A program made the translations under genes and the position numbers. This document shows, one piece after another, positions 1 to 13,159 of a stretch of 64,000 nucleotides of DNA. The stretch lies in assembly GCF_006345805.1 (NCBI RefSeq), contig NC_043005.1:77314001-77378000 (forward strand), given 5' to 3'. Position 1 is the first letter of the stretch. Each line of letters starts with the position of its first letter. The DNA is from Octopus sinensis. Lineage: Eukaryota. The notes below the pieces were generated by a model. That model was not told the origin of the DNA. It saw only the letters and a program-made list of their open reading frames with translations, and made no database searches.

Positions 1-1860
1 TCGTTACCAACACCTTTCCAGACTAGAGAGATTGATGCGGCTTATTCTACCAATAGGGAAGAAGTAGGTAGAAGGGTGTTGAAAAATATTGAGGTTTTGA
101 CCAGGAAATACTGTAACAATTGTAAGTGTGGGACCTGGAGGTGAGACACATTACGAGTGATAACATCAGGATACGAGGTTGTGTCGAGTTGCACGGTCAG
201 TTTACCGTTTCCGAGAAGCAGAGTTTGATGTAGCTGAACAGACTGGAGAAAGAAATTTTGCTGATTGTTTGTGTGTGTTTGTTTTTATTTTAAGCAGCCA
301 TCTCATAGATGTGTAAACGGTGACTAATGTAGGTCTTATTTGTGTTTTATAGTGTCTACATTAACTAAGAGCTAAATTAGTGCCTTGTTCTGAAGGAGAC
401 TAGTTGTTAGGATGTAATTTATGTTAAGAATACAAGATCACCCTGTGAGATCACCCAACGACTGGGGAACCTAATAAGGTTTTTAATGGTGCATTGCTCA
501 AATTTAGAGATATTAGGTTCCAAAATTATTTCCTTGTTGTGTGCAGTTGACGGGTTATTAATACTGGTTTCAAATCTTAGCACAAGGTAAGTAATTTCGT
601 GGGAGGGTGTAATCAATTACAATGACCCCAATGCTCAAATGGTTCTTATTTTATCAGCCTCGAAATCGACCACGGCGGCATTTGAACTCAGAACGTAAAG
701 TTGGAAAAAATGCCGCTAATCAATTGTATTTTGACAGTTGTTATTGTCATTTTTACATCATGGTTCTGATTTACGAACAAAAGTGAAAGACTGCACATAC
801 GAAAGGTCGTATTATTTAAGCCGTCCTTTTGTATTTTTTAAGAAGTTTGGTTGTGGTTTGAGGAAGACTTGACCACTATTTCTAGCCGGTCGCATAAACA
901 TGTTGACTCAACACTGCATATCTCTGAATGTTAACGTTATTGTTGCTCGGCTGTAATCAAGTGAGTTTACAAATGTTTAAAGGATAACGATCGGAAGATA
1001 CAAGAATAAAGCAATGAGCTGGGCTGGTTGGAGGGATTGAGTGAAGTATTCAGAATAGACTCAAGGTTGATGCGAGAGAAGTGATGATTGACTTGAGAAG
1101 GGCGCTGGATCACGATTTCAGGATTCGTCATATCGTGTCTTGTTATCAGCGTTGAGAGTATTTTATTTTGTTGGGTATCCCTACAAGACTTAAACATTCT
1201 TACGGGTGAAATCTATTACACCAGACCTGCAGTATACCTTGTAAGATATGTATCTGCTAGTTCTTCTTAGTACAGAAACCGTGAGATAGATTTTAAGTAA
1301 TGGGAAATCATAGATTGGAGTTTTATGTTCAGATGAGTACAGACAGTATTAATGTAGTTAGTTATTAATATTGGTATTTTGTAGTCCTAGGTTAAATTTC
1401 ACCCAGCATATAGCTATCTTGAAAAACAGTTCAGCCATACTAGCATTTTTTTCTGTGAATACATAGCCTTATACGTGTTTCGTTCATTAAGATGATAAAA
1501 TGGAATTTGAGAGGAAATTTCTTTGTAGCAAGTCATCACGGAGAAGATGCATCACACGTTAGCTCGGAATACACTTAATTGTTAAATAGCCCTCATATAT
1601 GATAGAAAGCTTACCGACCGTAATCTTCCTATCTGTCATTCACATACAGAATCTTTTGTGTAACATTTATTGTAGCGTTAACAAGCCCGTGTATGATATG
1701 AGGAATAGCTGGGAACGATTTCTAGCAGGCCGAGCGATCATAAGTAGAACCACGTCTTTGGCTCGCTCTATATACTTCATTTACGCGAGATGTTTGAAGA
1801 ACAGACCCAGCATAATAGCGTTGCCAAGGTGGCTTCGAACAAAAGATTCCCAGTAAATGT
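1..1860 (-). mobile_element. Highly decayed CR1/L2-group LINE debris (RT and C-terminal region), possibly more than one copy, interrupted by a SINE fragment at ~625-720
   Basis: Minus-strand peptides resemble CR1-type ORF2 blocks: LLRDDLLQRN near 1520 (cf. LFADDC.LYRN), RINLESILNTSLNPSNQ..LLYSCIFRS (967-1197) and EITYLVLRFETSIN..ILEPNISKF (419-616). Many stops and frameshifts; matched from memory only. Confidence 0.4.
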
Positions 1861-2518
1861 TTACACAATCATATACAAATCAAGTTAATAGCTGAGGTCA
1901 GTGAGCCATAATTTCTTAGTTATGACCGTAGAATTAAATTGCGTTAAGATATGAACTACTTTCCGACCCTAGCACTGATCTTTGACATTTTAGAGAACGA
2001 TGACCGTCATTTTTGCTCAGGTCTTTCGAAATTCGATTCGTGTCTTGACACGTATACAATATTATCCAAACGAGGTTAATATTTCTCCTCCTCTCCCTAC
2101 CTCCTCCTCCTCCTCTTCCCTTATTCTTCCTCCTCCTGTTTCTAAATATTAGAAATAACAATAATGATGATAATAATGATAATCATTTGTTTTATTTGCC
2201 ACAGGGATAAGGTTGAGGAAGGCATTATAAGGGTAGTATGTAATTTATGAGGAAAGGCGTACATAGGTGGTAAGTGGGGAGGAAGGGACATAATATACGA
2301 ACTATGTCAATAAAACTACAATTCAGTCTTCCTGATATAGGAGAATTTCCAACAAGGGCCGATCAAGGAACCCCAGAGTTCCAGGATCATCCTGATCACC
2401 TAGAGTACCAGCTTTGTTAGTTGAGAAAGTTGAGGTGAGTACACCCTACTTCCTTCCTATGTATACCTATCCTGACCTATATATCTATCCTTCTACTTAA
2501 TTTTCTAAATTGACTCAC

Positions 2519-2555
2519 CGAGGCACATCACTCTCTCCAGTCCTTGGCCGTGACC
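2519..2555 (-). other. Candidate 37-bp exon (weak)
   Basis: GC-rich island flanked on minus by ttttgtctcacctaag| and |gtgagt; open frames SRPRTGESDVP or GHGQGLERVMCL. No homology recognised. Confidence 0.15.
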
Positions 2556-2645
2556 CTTAGGTGAGACAAAATATATTTTGTCCGGCTTACGGATTTGCGT
2601 TAAGATCTAAACACTCAAATATATTCTTTTAACAACATCCCTTCT

Positions 2646-2655
2646 ATGAAATGCT

Positions 2656-2688
<33 letters not shown>

Positions 2689-2715
2689 TTCTGTCTCTCC
2701 CTCTCCCCTCTCTCC

Positions 2716-2761
<46 letters not shown>

Positions 2762-3590
2762 TCACATATACATATATTTATACATATATATATATACACA
2801 TATATATATATACACATATATATATATACATATATACACATATATATACATATATACACATACATATACATACCTATATGTATGTATGTCCTGCGGTCGA
2901 TTTGTTCGACTAAAAGTGGTGCTTCTGCATGGCCGCAGTCAATTGACTGAAAGTAGTAAAAAGAGTAAAAGAATATGTGGGTATGTGTGTATATATGTGT
3001 GTATGCGTGTATATATATAAGTGTGTATGTCGGTATCTATATATGTATGTGTGTGTGTGAGTGTGTTTGTGTGCTTATATATGTGTGTGTATGTGTGTGT
3101 GTGTGAGTGTGTTTGTGTGCTTATATATGTGTGTGTATGTGTGTGCGTCAGTGTGTTTGTGTGCTTATACATGTGTGTGTATGTGTGTGTGTGAGTGTGT
3201 TTGTGTGCTTATATATGTGTGTGTGTGAGTGTGTTTGTGTGCTTATGTATGCATGTGTATGTGTACGTGTGCGTACACACACATAGATACATACGTACAT
3301 ACATACACACATATATATAGATACATTCATACATACATACATACATACATAGACACATGCACACATACATACATAAATGCATACATACATACATACATAC
3401 ATACATACATACACATACACACATATATAAATGCGTACATACATATATCGATACATTCATACATACGTACATACATACACGCACACACACACACATACAT
3501 AAATACATACTTACATACATACATAATTATATGTCATCTGCATGTACTGCGTGCATGAATTGAGGGATACATTTATGTACATACATGCGT
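2646..3590. repeat. Compound microsatellite tract (TATC, CT, TA, TG, CATA) including a ~45-bp higher-order repeat at ~3050-3245
   Basis: Direct reading; gtgtgtgtgagtgtgtttgtgtgcttatatatgtgtgtgtat recurs about 5 times. Confidence 0.9.
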
Positions 3591-5599
3591 GTAACTAGGG
3601 TCTTCTCTATTTTATTTTAACTAAACTTGACATAATTCCAAAGGAATTTCACAACCGATAGACATTGCCTATTCTTCCACAAGAAAAATGTATTAGAAAT
3701 GTTTATATTCATTGAGCGAGCTGTTAATAATTTCATTATCTGCAATGAATGTAGTAACTCGGTCGCTAATATCGTCTGATGTTCGTGCCCAGAGTTGGAT
3801 TTTCGTTTTCTTAAAATGAAAATATCGTGTAGTGCATCTCTGTTGCAACATGCTCAGCAAAGATCAATAGTGTTGCACTTTATATTGTACATAATTCTAA
3901 CATGAGATTTGATAAATAAATTCTGCTGCTTAAATCAATGAGAAGAAACTATACAACGAATTAAGAAGATCGTGAGAATCGACTCATCGGATTAGTCGAA
4001 AGAAAGAAAATCGAGAAAAATCGAAAGACATCGAGAAATTAAGCAAAGATTCATGGAGAGAATCAAAGAAAAAATTATGACGTTTTACAAAAGCGTCAAC
4101 CTTATTTCGAAACAAGGTTTGCTGTACGTTTTGTTGGTTTGTGTAAAGGAGTTACTTCAGTGCAACGGATTTGACGTATTACTGTCATATACTTAGTGAG
4201 TGCTGTCTGTTTGCGGATTTAGGTTATCATCAGTAAGAAATCTTCATCATGCAAATGGTATTGCATGATTTAACATAACCCTTGTAGATTTATGCTTTAT
4301 AAAATGTTATTTCACTCTGAATTAATTATTATTTCTTCTTTCGTTTTATTGTTATTTACGGAGCGTGCGATTCGCTAAGATATTAATCTGAGATGCTTAT
4401 AAACCAGCTCTCACAATACACGAATATAAAGCTTTCGAATAACTGAATAACTCATTGCAAGCTGCTCACGATTTAGGAGAAGCGATTGTAGATTAGCCAA
4501 ATACATTTTTAGTCCTATTGTTTCCCTCCCAACGTTCTACCCCCACCCCAACAGACATTTATTATTATTTTTTTATACAAGTTTTCTGCGAATGCATGTG
4601 TTTTAATAGATATTGTGCAATGCTTCATTGGCGGATTGGGAAGGGCTGAAATATCTAACATTAGTTTTTAATTATCTTTTAGAACGCGAAGAAAAACATT
4701 CATGTTAGGGCTGGAATTAATTAAACCATTAACGTAATAAAATAGCTAATAAAATAGCTGTTAGTGTTACAGTTAATTAAGCTCTTTACCAAAATTAAAT
4801 GGCTAATATAGCCGCCAACGAGCAGAAGTATTACCAGCGTACAAAAATATTAATTAAATCGTAGCAGCGCTATATTAGCCGTATAAAACATGAATGCCGT
4901 TATATTCTCTTTTGTTTAGTTTAGTGATATCTTTTACTTGTTTCAGTTATTAGACTGCAGGCAGGCTGGGGCACCGCCTTCAAGAGTTTTAGTGGAATAA
5001 ATCAACTCCAGAACGTATTTGTTTTAAAGCCCGGTAATTAAGGTATCAGTGTTTTTGCCGAATTGTTGGGTTACACGTTAACACACAAACACTTCTTAGC
5101 ACACAGTCACGCCTGCGCCTATATTATGACAGCATAATAGCATGACAGTATATTATACAGCATCATAGTCATTCATCATAAACCTTTGATCTAATTACTT
5201 TCGATCTGTCCAAGTGGTGAATAGATGCGTTGAAGATTTACGACGAATTCTTCAGACTTAAATATTAAATATTACGTAGGACTCAGATTTATCGTGAGCT
5301 CTATGATTCATGAGGCCGGAGTTTAACCCGTCTCCATGGCGTATATGTGGTTAAAGTTACAGCATTCCTCCCATCCTAGTGTTAGCTTTGTAAATACTGC
5401 TGGAACTCATTCACAGCAGAGTGGAGTGGAGCAAAGTTGAATGAAATGCTTTGCTCATGGACATAACGTAGCGTCTGATGCGAAATCTAAACCACGATCT
5501 CATAATCCCTAACCAATTATCCACGTGCTTTCATTCGTATATTATACTACGATTTCAAAATAAATAAATTTATATAAAGGCTTAATATAATATAAAAGT

Positions 5600-5910
5600 T
5601 AATCTTGGGCAAGTGTCTTCTATAGCCGCGGGCCGACCAAAGTCTTGTGAGTGGATTTTGTAGACGGAAACTAAAAGAAGCCCGCCGTATATATGTATAT
5701 ATATATATATGTTTGTACATATGTTTGTGTGTCATTGTTTGTCCCCCCAACATACTTACGTCCCCGTAACTTAGCAGTTCGGCAAAAGAGACCGATAGAG
5801 TAAGTACTAGGCTTACAAAGGATAAGTCCTGCGGTCGATTTGCTCGACTAAAAGCGGTGCTCTAGCATGGCCGCAGTCAAATGACTAAAACAAGTAAAAG
5901 AATAAAAAAA
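5600..5910 (+). mobile_element. SINE family B copy, 5'-truncated
   Basis: ttgggcaagtgtcttctatagccgcgggccgaccaaag...ggaaactaaaagaagcc...catggccgcagtcaaatgactaaaacaagtaaaag; the same blocks recur at 13748-14161, 34740-35197 and 55125-55510. Confidence 0.9.
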
Positions 5911-5917
5911 TATGGTT

Positions 5918-5940
5918 TAGATAGATAGATAGATAGATAT

Positions 5941-5998
<58 letters not shown>

Positions 5999-6042
5999 GG
6001 ATGGATGGATGGATGGATGGATGGATGGATGGATGGATGGAT
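5918..6042. repeat. (GATA)n/(GGAT)n microsatellite
   Basis: Direct reading. Confidence 0.95.
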
Positions 6043-6431
6043 ACAAACACACACGCATGCACACATATGTATAATCATGTGTGTGCTTGTAATTTATATG
6101 TTTATCGTAAATCCACCACGATGACTACGATGCAGTTGTTTCGTTTTCAGAACAATGTCCATCATATCTGTTACCAAACAAACACAATTTCCAAAATATC
6201 AAATTGAGAATATAGAGGAGGAAACATCTTCATGAGGATTTTACATAATATATACATCATAATAGCATACCATATAATTTCTTCCGCTATTATCTACCAG
6301 AAACGCATTCCCATCACATAATAAAAACGACACTTTTCCGATATTTCTGTTAGTGAAAAACAGTTATTTCGACGTTTTTAATTCATTTTCATATCCTTAA
6401 AAACAATTTGTTTGGCCCTCTCTTTGCATAG

Positions 6432-6473
6432 ATGTATTCAGTGTTTATTATTAATAATAAACACTGAATACAT
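6432..6473. repeat. Perfect 42-bp palindrome with no spacer
   Basis: atgtattcagtgtttattatt|aataataaacactgaatacat is its own reverse complement. Confidence 0.95.
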
Positions 6474-7065
6474 GAGATGGCAGAGTGGTTAGCACGCCAG
6501 TTTTCGGTTTCGATAAAATAAGCTCCAGTTGAAAACCGGGGTCGATGTAATCGACTCCTTCCCTCCCCAAAATTGCTGCCCCTGAGGCAAAATTTAAAAC
6601 CATTATTAATAATCAATATTAAAGTCAACGGCAACAAAGTGGCAGAATCGTTACCGCGCCGGACAAAATAATTGGAGGTATTTCTTCCGTCTTCGCGACC
6701 TGAGTTCAAATTCCGCCGTAGGCGACTTTACCTTTTATCCTTCTGGGGTTGATAAAATAAGTATCAGTTGAGCAGTGGGGTCAATTTAATCGACTTAGCA
6801 CCTCTTTCAAAATTGCTGGCCCTGTTTCAAAATTTGAAACCAATATAATATTAAAACCAACGGCAGCGAGATAGAAGAGTCGTTAGCACGGCGGGTAAAA
6901 ACATAGCAGCATTTCGTCCATCTTACTTTCTGAGTTCAAATTGCGCCGAAGTCGAATTTACCATTCACCCTTTTGGAGTCGATAAAATAAGTACCTGTTG
7001 ATTGCTGGGGTCGATATAATACACTTATCAACTCTCTCGCTAAATTACTAGCCTTGTGCCCAAGT
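6474..7065 (+). mobile_element. Head-to-tail array of three diverged family A tRNA-derived SINEs
   Basis: Starts near 6474, 6628 and 6858 with tggcaga..gttagcacg-like heads; B-box gagttcaaatt in copies 2-3; shared gataaaataagtacc...ggggtcgat...aaattgc blocks. Confidence 0.85.
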
Positions 7066-7782
7066 AATATTAAAGCCAATGTAAAACAATGGTGGTGTTA
7101 CCGTTCACCCTATGAACGATTGCTTTCGAAAATGCCTTCTCGATGTCGAAAACAACCGGTCGCTTTCTAAATGATTGCTTCCATGAATACCCCCTCGATG
7201 TCCAAAGCAATATCGAAGATTTACCAGAAACATGAGCTCAACGCTTCAACCCGCTACAACACACTCTGAATCACCTGTCAGTTTGATTAACTCCCTTGCA
7301 CTACGGCTCCAGATGCGTCTGCATAAACAATTCCTTTAGTAATCTTGGCACATACTTGATCATACATATTAATGAAAGCCTTTCCTTCTTTATAACCTTC
7401 CTTCCTTTAACCTATCTACAATCTAACCACCGCATATGTTGGTTGTTATGGAGTCCAATTGTACGTGCCTTGAGAGATGCTTAACTTTATTGTTGACCCT
7501 CCACCCCACAGTGTCACTGCAACTTTCCCGTTACTAAACGAAGCTAATTCAAAGTACAAGAGAACAAATTTTTGCTACTCACACACGGATATGTCTACGT
7601 GTGTATGTATATATATCTATCTGTTTTATTTTCTCTCTCTGCTTATTTCTGCGTTCCTTTCTGTTGCAGAGCGTAGGCTAGAAACGTAAAAGACTTTCTC
7701 ACTTCCGGAGCGTTAAACTAGTACTTTTTGTCGTTTACACACCAATCTTAATCTTTTGTTTTGTTATTTTGTAAATCCCAAC

Positions 7783-7818
<36 letters not shown>

Positions 7819-7852
7819 CATATATGCATATACTTATATATACACACCTATC

Positions 7853-7894
<42 letters not shown>

Positions 7895-7959
7895 CTACAT
7901 AAACGACCTTTCCAGCGTCGTAAATCACTGCAAAGTAAAAATATTTGCTGATGACACTA

Positions 7960-8193
7960 TTTCTATTTCTTTACTACCCACAAGAGGCTAAACAATCTGT
8001 CCAAACAAGGACAGACGAGCGGATTAAGTCGATTATATCGACCCCAGTGCGTAACTGGTACTTATTTAATCGACACCGAAAGGAAGAAAGGCAAAGTCGA
8101 CCTCGGTGGAATTTGAACTCAGAACGTAACGGCAGACGAAATACGGCTACGCATTTCGCCCGGCGCGCTAACGTTTCTGCCAGCTCGCCGCCT
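7960..8193 (-). mobile_element. Full-length family A SINE inserted at the RT YADD motif
   Basis: Head ggcggcgagctggcagaaacgttagc at 8193 (minus); TSD tgctgatgacacta 7946-7959 / tgcagatgacacta 8196-8209 (1 mismatch). Confidence 0.92.
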
Positions 8194-8766
8194 TATGCAG
8201 ATGACACTAAGCTCCAGCAAATCATCAATGAAGAAGAAGGCCGAAATCAACTCCAGTCTGATATATATGGTATGAGTCAATGGGCAGACAAAAACAAAAC
8301 GCAACTAAACGAGGGAAAATTTGAGCTGATGCATTTTCGAAGAAAATTTATTCTAAACAGCCATATTCTCTTCTTTTATGGGAACCACTCACAACATCTA
8401 ATAATATCAGGGACCTAGGTGTAATTGTTGATGACAATCTAAGTTGGAGTGCCCACATCAACAATAAGGTCGATATAGCTCATAGGATGAGCTCCTGGAT
8501 CTTAAGAACCTTCCGGTCCAGAGAACAAGGTGTCATCATTCCACTCTTCTCCTTTGTACGGCCACACCTTGAATGCTGCTGTCCTTTGAGGTCTAACCGT
8601 ACAAAACAAAACATCTTAAAATTTGAATCACCCCAGAGGGCACTCACTAAACGAATTGAAGGCATGACTGATCTCGATTATTGGGACCACGTTAAAGCCT
8701 TGAAACTCTACTCTCTGCAGCGCCACCGCGAGCGGTACATCATTTGTGCGATGTGGAGAATATACC

Positions 8767-9010
8767 TATTTCTTTATTACCCACAAGGGGCTAAACACAG
8801 AGGGGACAAACAGAGACAGACATAGGTATTAAGTCGATTGCATCGACCCCAGTGTGTAACTGGTACTTAATTTATCGACCCCGAAAGGACGAAAGGCAAA
8901 GTCGACCTTGGCGGAATTTGAACTCACAACGTAACGGCAGACGAAATACCGCTTAGCATTTCGCCCGACCTGCTAACGTTTCTGCCAACTCGCCGCCTCT
9001 GCCAGCTCGC
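8767..9010 (-). mobile_element. Full-length family A SINE with 18-bp TSD and a short duplicated head
   Basis: TSD cgatgtggagaatatacc at 8749-8766 and 9011-9028, identical. Confidence 0.95.
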
Positions 9011-9421
9011 CGATGTGGAGAATATACCACCAGCATTGCCCAAACGACCTGAACATTAGTTTCAAGGTTCATCAAAGACTGGGACTATGTACCATACGTT
9101 CCCTGCCCAATTCAGGATCACAAGATATAGGTACACTGCAATACAATATCCTTTCTTCAACAGCCCCTGCCCTGTTTAACATTGTCCCTTAACTGATCAA
9201 AGAGGAAAAGGATCTCATTACCTTTAAACGGTGTCTGGACAGATTTCGTCAAGGAATACCAGATAAGCCACCCATACCTGGATACAACTCACCCAACAAG
9301 AACTCACTACTTGAATGGACCATAAACAAAACATGACTTAAAAAGGATTTAGAAAATCCTATCAGGTGGTGCTATTAAGTTTGACATGACCTGGACCAAT
9401 CTTTGATCGAAACAAATCTAA

Positions 9422-9605
<184 letters not shown>

Positions 9606-10354
9606 AAATAAATGGAATGAAACGCAGGTGTTATTCACATCTTTATAATTGCACCATATGTTTTGAAGAAAACATTGGTATTATTCCAGAAGGAATAAAA
9701 TGATGTAAAACAATGGAATCTTCTCATCAGGTAGAAAAAGAGAAACAAGGCGCATCAATAAGATATTTTAACCGAATGTGATTACTACATGTATGATGAA
9801 GGGAATGCTAGTAAGTTATTTTATTTTTAAACTGTTAATAGATATAACGTTAAATGCAATTTATAGAAAGAGAAGTGGGAGGAAGAAAGAAATTAGCAGA
9901 GAACTAAGAGTGGAGAAAAAGTGCGATAGGTGAATAAGAATAAAGTTTAAAGGCGTGGAAATACATGTATTTAGTGGAAATGAAATGTAAGAAGACAATG
10001 AAAGGTCGGATTTTATAGACTGGTAGAAATTATAGCAACTAAAGCTATGTTTTGCCTATGTTTGCAGCGATAAACGCGTTCTTTAAACGTGTTTACAAGA
10101 GGATTCTCTGAGAACAGGATGAGATACAGTTCATCGTTACAGAGCGAACAAAAAGATGTCCCTTTATCCTAAGGAAAGGACCTAGATAGAATATTCCATT
10201 CCGAACCTTCACTAAACCCTGGAATTTCTACCTTTATAAGTAGGCTGTTAAATCCTTGATATTTATGTGAATTTTTGCTAACCCGGTAACTTTTTTTTTT
10301 CAGTGTTATTAGTACACATTGAAAAAATACACAGACACACACATACACACACAT

Positions 10355-10390
<36 letters not shown>

Positions 10391-10419
10391 GCGCATTTGG
10401 ATGTGTGCTGCCATGCATA

Positions 10420-10460
<41 letters not shown>

Positions 10461-10496
10461 ATCATTATTATTATTATCATTATTATTATTATTATT

Positions 10497-10710
10497 CAGT
10501 AGTTTTATTTTTATAGCGTGCTTTCACTTCACTACCGAGCGCAGCTCTGTGTGCCTTAGGTATGTGCTGTGATTTTTTGTGATGCTCTGATGGTTACTGT
10601 AGGGAAAGTGTTCTGCGTAGGATGTGTGCAGTGCCCAGTAGTGCAATTTTCTTTATGTTACATGTGTTTGTAAGTCCTGGTGTTTTTGTTATGTATTTGT
10701 CTGAATATTT
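10497..10710 (-). mobile_element. R4/Dong-like (RLE) non-LTR retrotransposon 3' end embedded in (TAA)n
   Basis: Minus peptide KYSDKYITKTPGLTNTCNIKKIALLGTAHILRRTLSLQ* resembles the R4/Dong C-terminus (KIALLGTAHILR); the 3' UTR ends aaactactg-aataataat; (TTA)n on both sides. Confidence 0.8.
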
Positions 10711-10751
10711 ATTATTATTATTATTATTATTATTGTTATTATTATTATTAC

Positions 10752-10816
<65 letters not shown>

Positions 10817-10969
10817 GATCGAACGCCACTCATCCTTTTCCAAGTAATATCTTAATAATTTAGATGTGCACTCTACTCTCTCTTTTCTCCCTTCGCTTAT
10901 TCTTCTCTCTGTTATCTTTTTCTCCCCTTCACCATTCTCTTTTTCTCCTTCTCTCTCCCTCTCTCTCCC

Positions 10970-11440
10970 TCCTTGACTCTCTCGTTGCTCACACGTGATC
11001 AGTGGATACCGTTAATTTTTCTTCATGTTTTACAAGAGATAAGACCTACTTCTACTTGTCTCTTGTCACAGCTCCTTTCCCCAGCGTTCATCACTTCACC
11101 TCGTTATGTCTTAACCGCCCTCACCGTTTGTTTTTACTCTTTTGTTCTTACTGTTCTGTTTTGTTACCACTTTAACCCTCTACAAAAATCTCAAATTATA
11201 TTTAATTTGCTTTGCGGGAAGGACTGTTTTAACGACGTCGCGTCTTGTCCTAACCTTCAAAACGCGGAGTATATAAAACCGGGGACAACTGATGAAGTGG
11301 TTGCCCTTTATGTTGCCTGTCTCGTTTCTCTATTTGTTACTTTCGTTGTCCGAAAAAAGTTCGTTTTCCATGTTTTTGTTGCTTTTTTATGTTCCCGTTT
11401 TTCATTTTGTTCACGTTTTTTTTACGCCCTGTACCCATAT
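10970..11440 (+). mobile_element. Probable Penelope-like terminal-repeat remnant with degenerate hammerhead-like motif
   Basis: Pyrimidine-rich non-coding segment with tatataaaaccggggacaa-CTGATGA-a...gtcc-GAAA-aaagttcgtttt-C (11281-11368); stems I and II pair poorly. Confidence 0.4.
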
Positions 11441-11514
11441 ATGGATGTGTATATATACATATATATGTAGGTATGTACATATATGTATGCATATATGCAT
11501 ATATATATTATTTG

Positions 11515-11585
<71 letters not shown>

Positions 11586-11587
<2 letters not shown>

Positions 11588-11830
11588 GGAGGCGTGTGGC
11601 TTAGTGTATTGCACCCATGATCGTAAGATTGTGATTTCGATTCCTAGACCGGGCGACGCGTCTTGTTCTTGAGCAAACACTTCATTTCACGTTGCTCAAA
11701 TCCTGATCTCACGAAAATGAGTAATCATTCGACGGGCCGGAGTATATATACACCATATTCACGTGGAGTATATATACACCATGGAAACCGGCAAACCAGC
11801 AGTTATGAGCATGGCATGGCTCGAGAAGGA
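11586..11830 (+). mobile_element. SINE family C copy
   Basis: tRNA-like head gtggaggcgtgtggcttagtg..atttcgattcc; body ttgagcaaacacttcatttcacgttgctc shared with 51972-52200. Confidence 0.8.
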
Positions 11831-12539
11831 AACATTTATTTATTCTTTTTACAGGTTTATGTATATAAAACGACAGTGGTTGGTGCTGTATATTCTTCAG
11901 TATTTAGCGCATACATCATTTTGGAATTGACAGTATTATACATTCAGTCTGATGAAATATTGCTCAACCATCCGCACAATTTACCGATTTACATTTACAA
12001 GTTATTTGCTGACGAAAACCAACACTAATTGTCCTAGAATTCTATGGTTTCACTTCGGTAATTATACTGATTCGAGAGCCCAGACTGTCTGATCTTATTG
12101 AAAATTACTGCCAATATCTCCAGAGAGTGTTGAGTTAAACAAAAGGTTTAGAAAGTACTATGCACATAACATAATGTGAGTTCCATGCTGTATTTCATAT
12201 AACCAAGCACAACCGCTCGGCAGTAGAAGTTTATGACCCGAGACAAGTTGAGATGAGACATAAAACTGTACGATACCTACAGGTCTATTATTAACATTAG
12301 ATTGCTTGCGCTATATATAAGATAGTGTAGAGGTGAGAGGAGGAATTCACCAAAGTCAACAATAACTAAACAGTAACACTGTAACAACCTTGGCTCGTAG
12401 ATAAAACAATAAAATATAGGGAAAAACAGCAAGACTAGTCTAGTAATGTATTCCAGTTTAACCAGAGATAATCCTTTAACTCTTACAAAAGGAACCGAAA
12501 CCTCGCGTTTTTAGGCATGGAAATACTGACGTATTAAAT

Positions 12540-12780
12540 ACTAGTTTCAAATTCTGGCATAAGGCTAGCATGTTTGGGGGTACTTATTTTATCAACTCAG
12601 GTGGTACTTATTTTATCGAACCCCGAGAGGATAAAAAGTAATGTCGAACTCGGTAGAATTTGAACTCAGAACTTAAAGATGAATGAAATGCGACTAAGCA
12701 TTTTGTCCGGCACGCTAATGATCTGCCTTAATGCTGTATTAAGCAGCTTGCCGGCGTGCCAATGATCCGCCTTAATTATG
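12540..12780 (-). mobile_element. Family A SINE (older tail type)
   Basis: ggtacttattttatcgaaccccgagaggat...gaatttgaactcagaac...aagcattttgtccggcacgctaatg. Confidence 0.8.
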
Positions 12781-13159
12781 TATTAAATATTCAAATACAG
12801 GATGAGTGCTGAGGTGTGTTTACTGACTAGCAATCCTGGAAATACTTGGAGATAGTCAGACATTGTTATGCTTTTCTCAACATTAAATAAATAAAAGTTG
12901 AAATCGAGAATTCTGGAATTATTTACGAGACAATGACTTAGGCGCGAATTCCGTAAATATTGAATGTTTGCAAATGTCCCATCACGATAATGTCGCATAT
13001 ATGGAAGAGAAGTGTCAAGTCTATTTTAAAAAAGCCTTCAATATTTCTTATGTAGATATTTAACATTTCCCACCACTTTTCCCGATCATTTCATTTTATG
13101 TAGGATTTTTTTATTTAGCCATTTTTAAGGAGATAAACCAATAGGCAGCGGTCGTGTTG

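Noticed and set aside
2325-2600. Possible hammerheads near cctgatat (2337) and around the palindrome gacaaaatatattttgtc (2565)
   Set aside because: Neither has both CUGANGA and GAAA correctly placed.
3600-4700. Long repeat-free stretch as a conserved element or UTR
   Set aside because: Absence of recognisable repeats is not positive evidence; no ORF or structure found.
4801-4879. Hairpin ggctaatatagc/gctatattagcc as a pre-miRNA
   Set aside because: The loop of ~37 nt is too large and the stem is interrupted; more likely a transposon remnant.
6474-7065. Repeated ~200-bp units as a CRISPR-like array
   Set aside because: They are diverged SINE copies without unique spacers of constant length; eukaryotic context with no cas genes.
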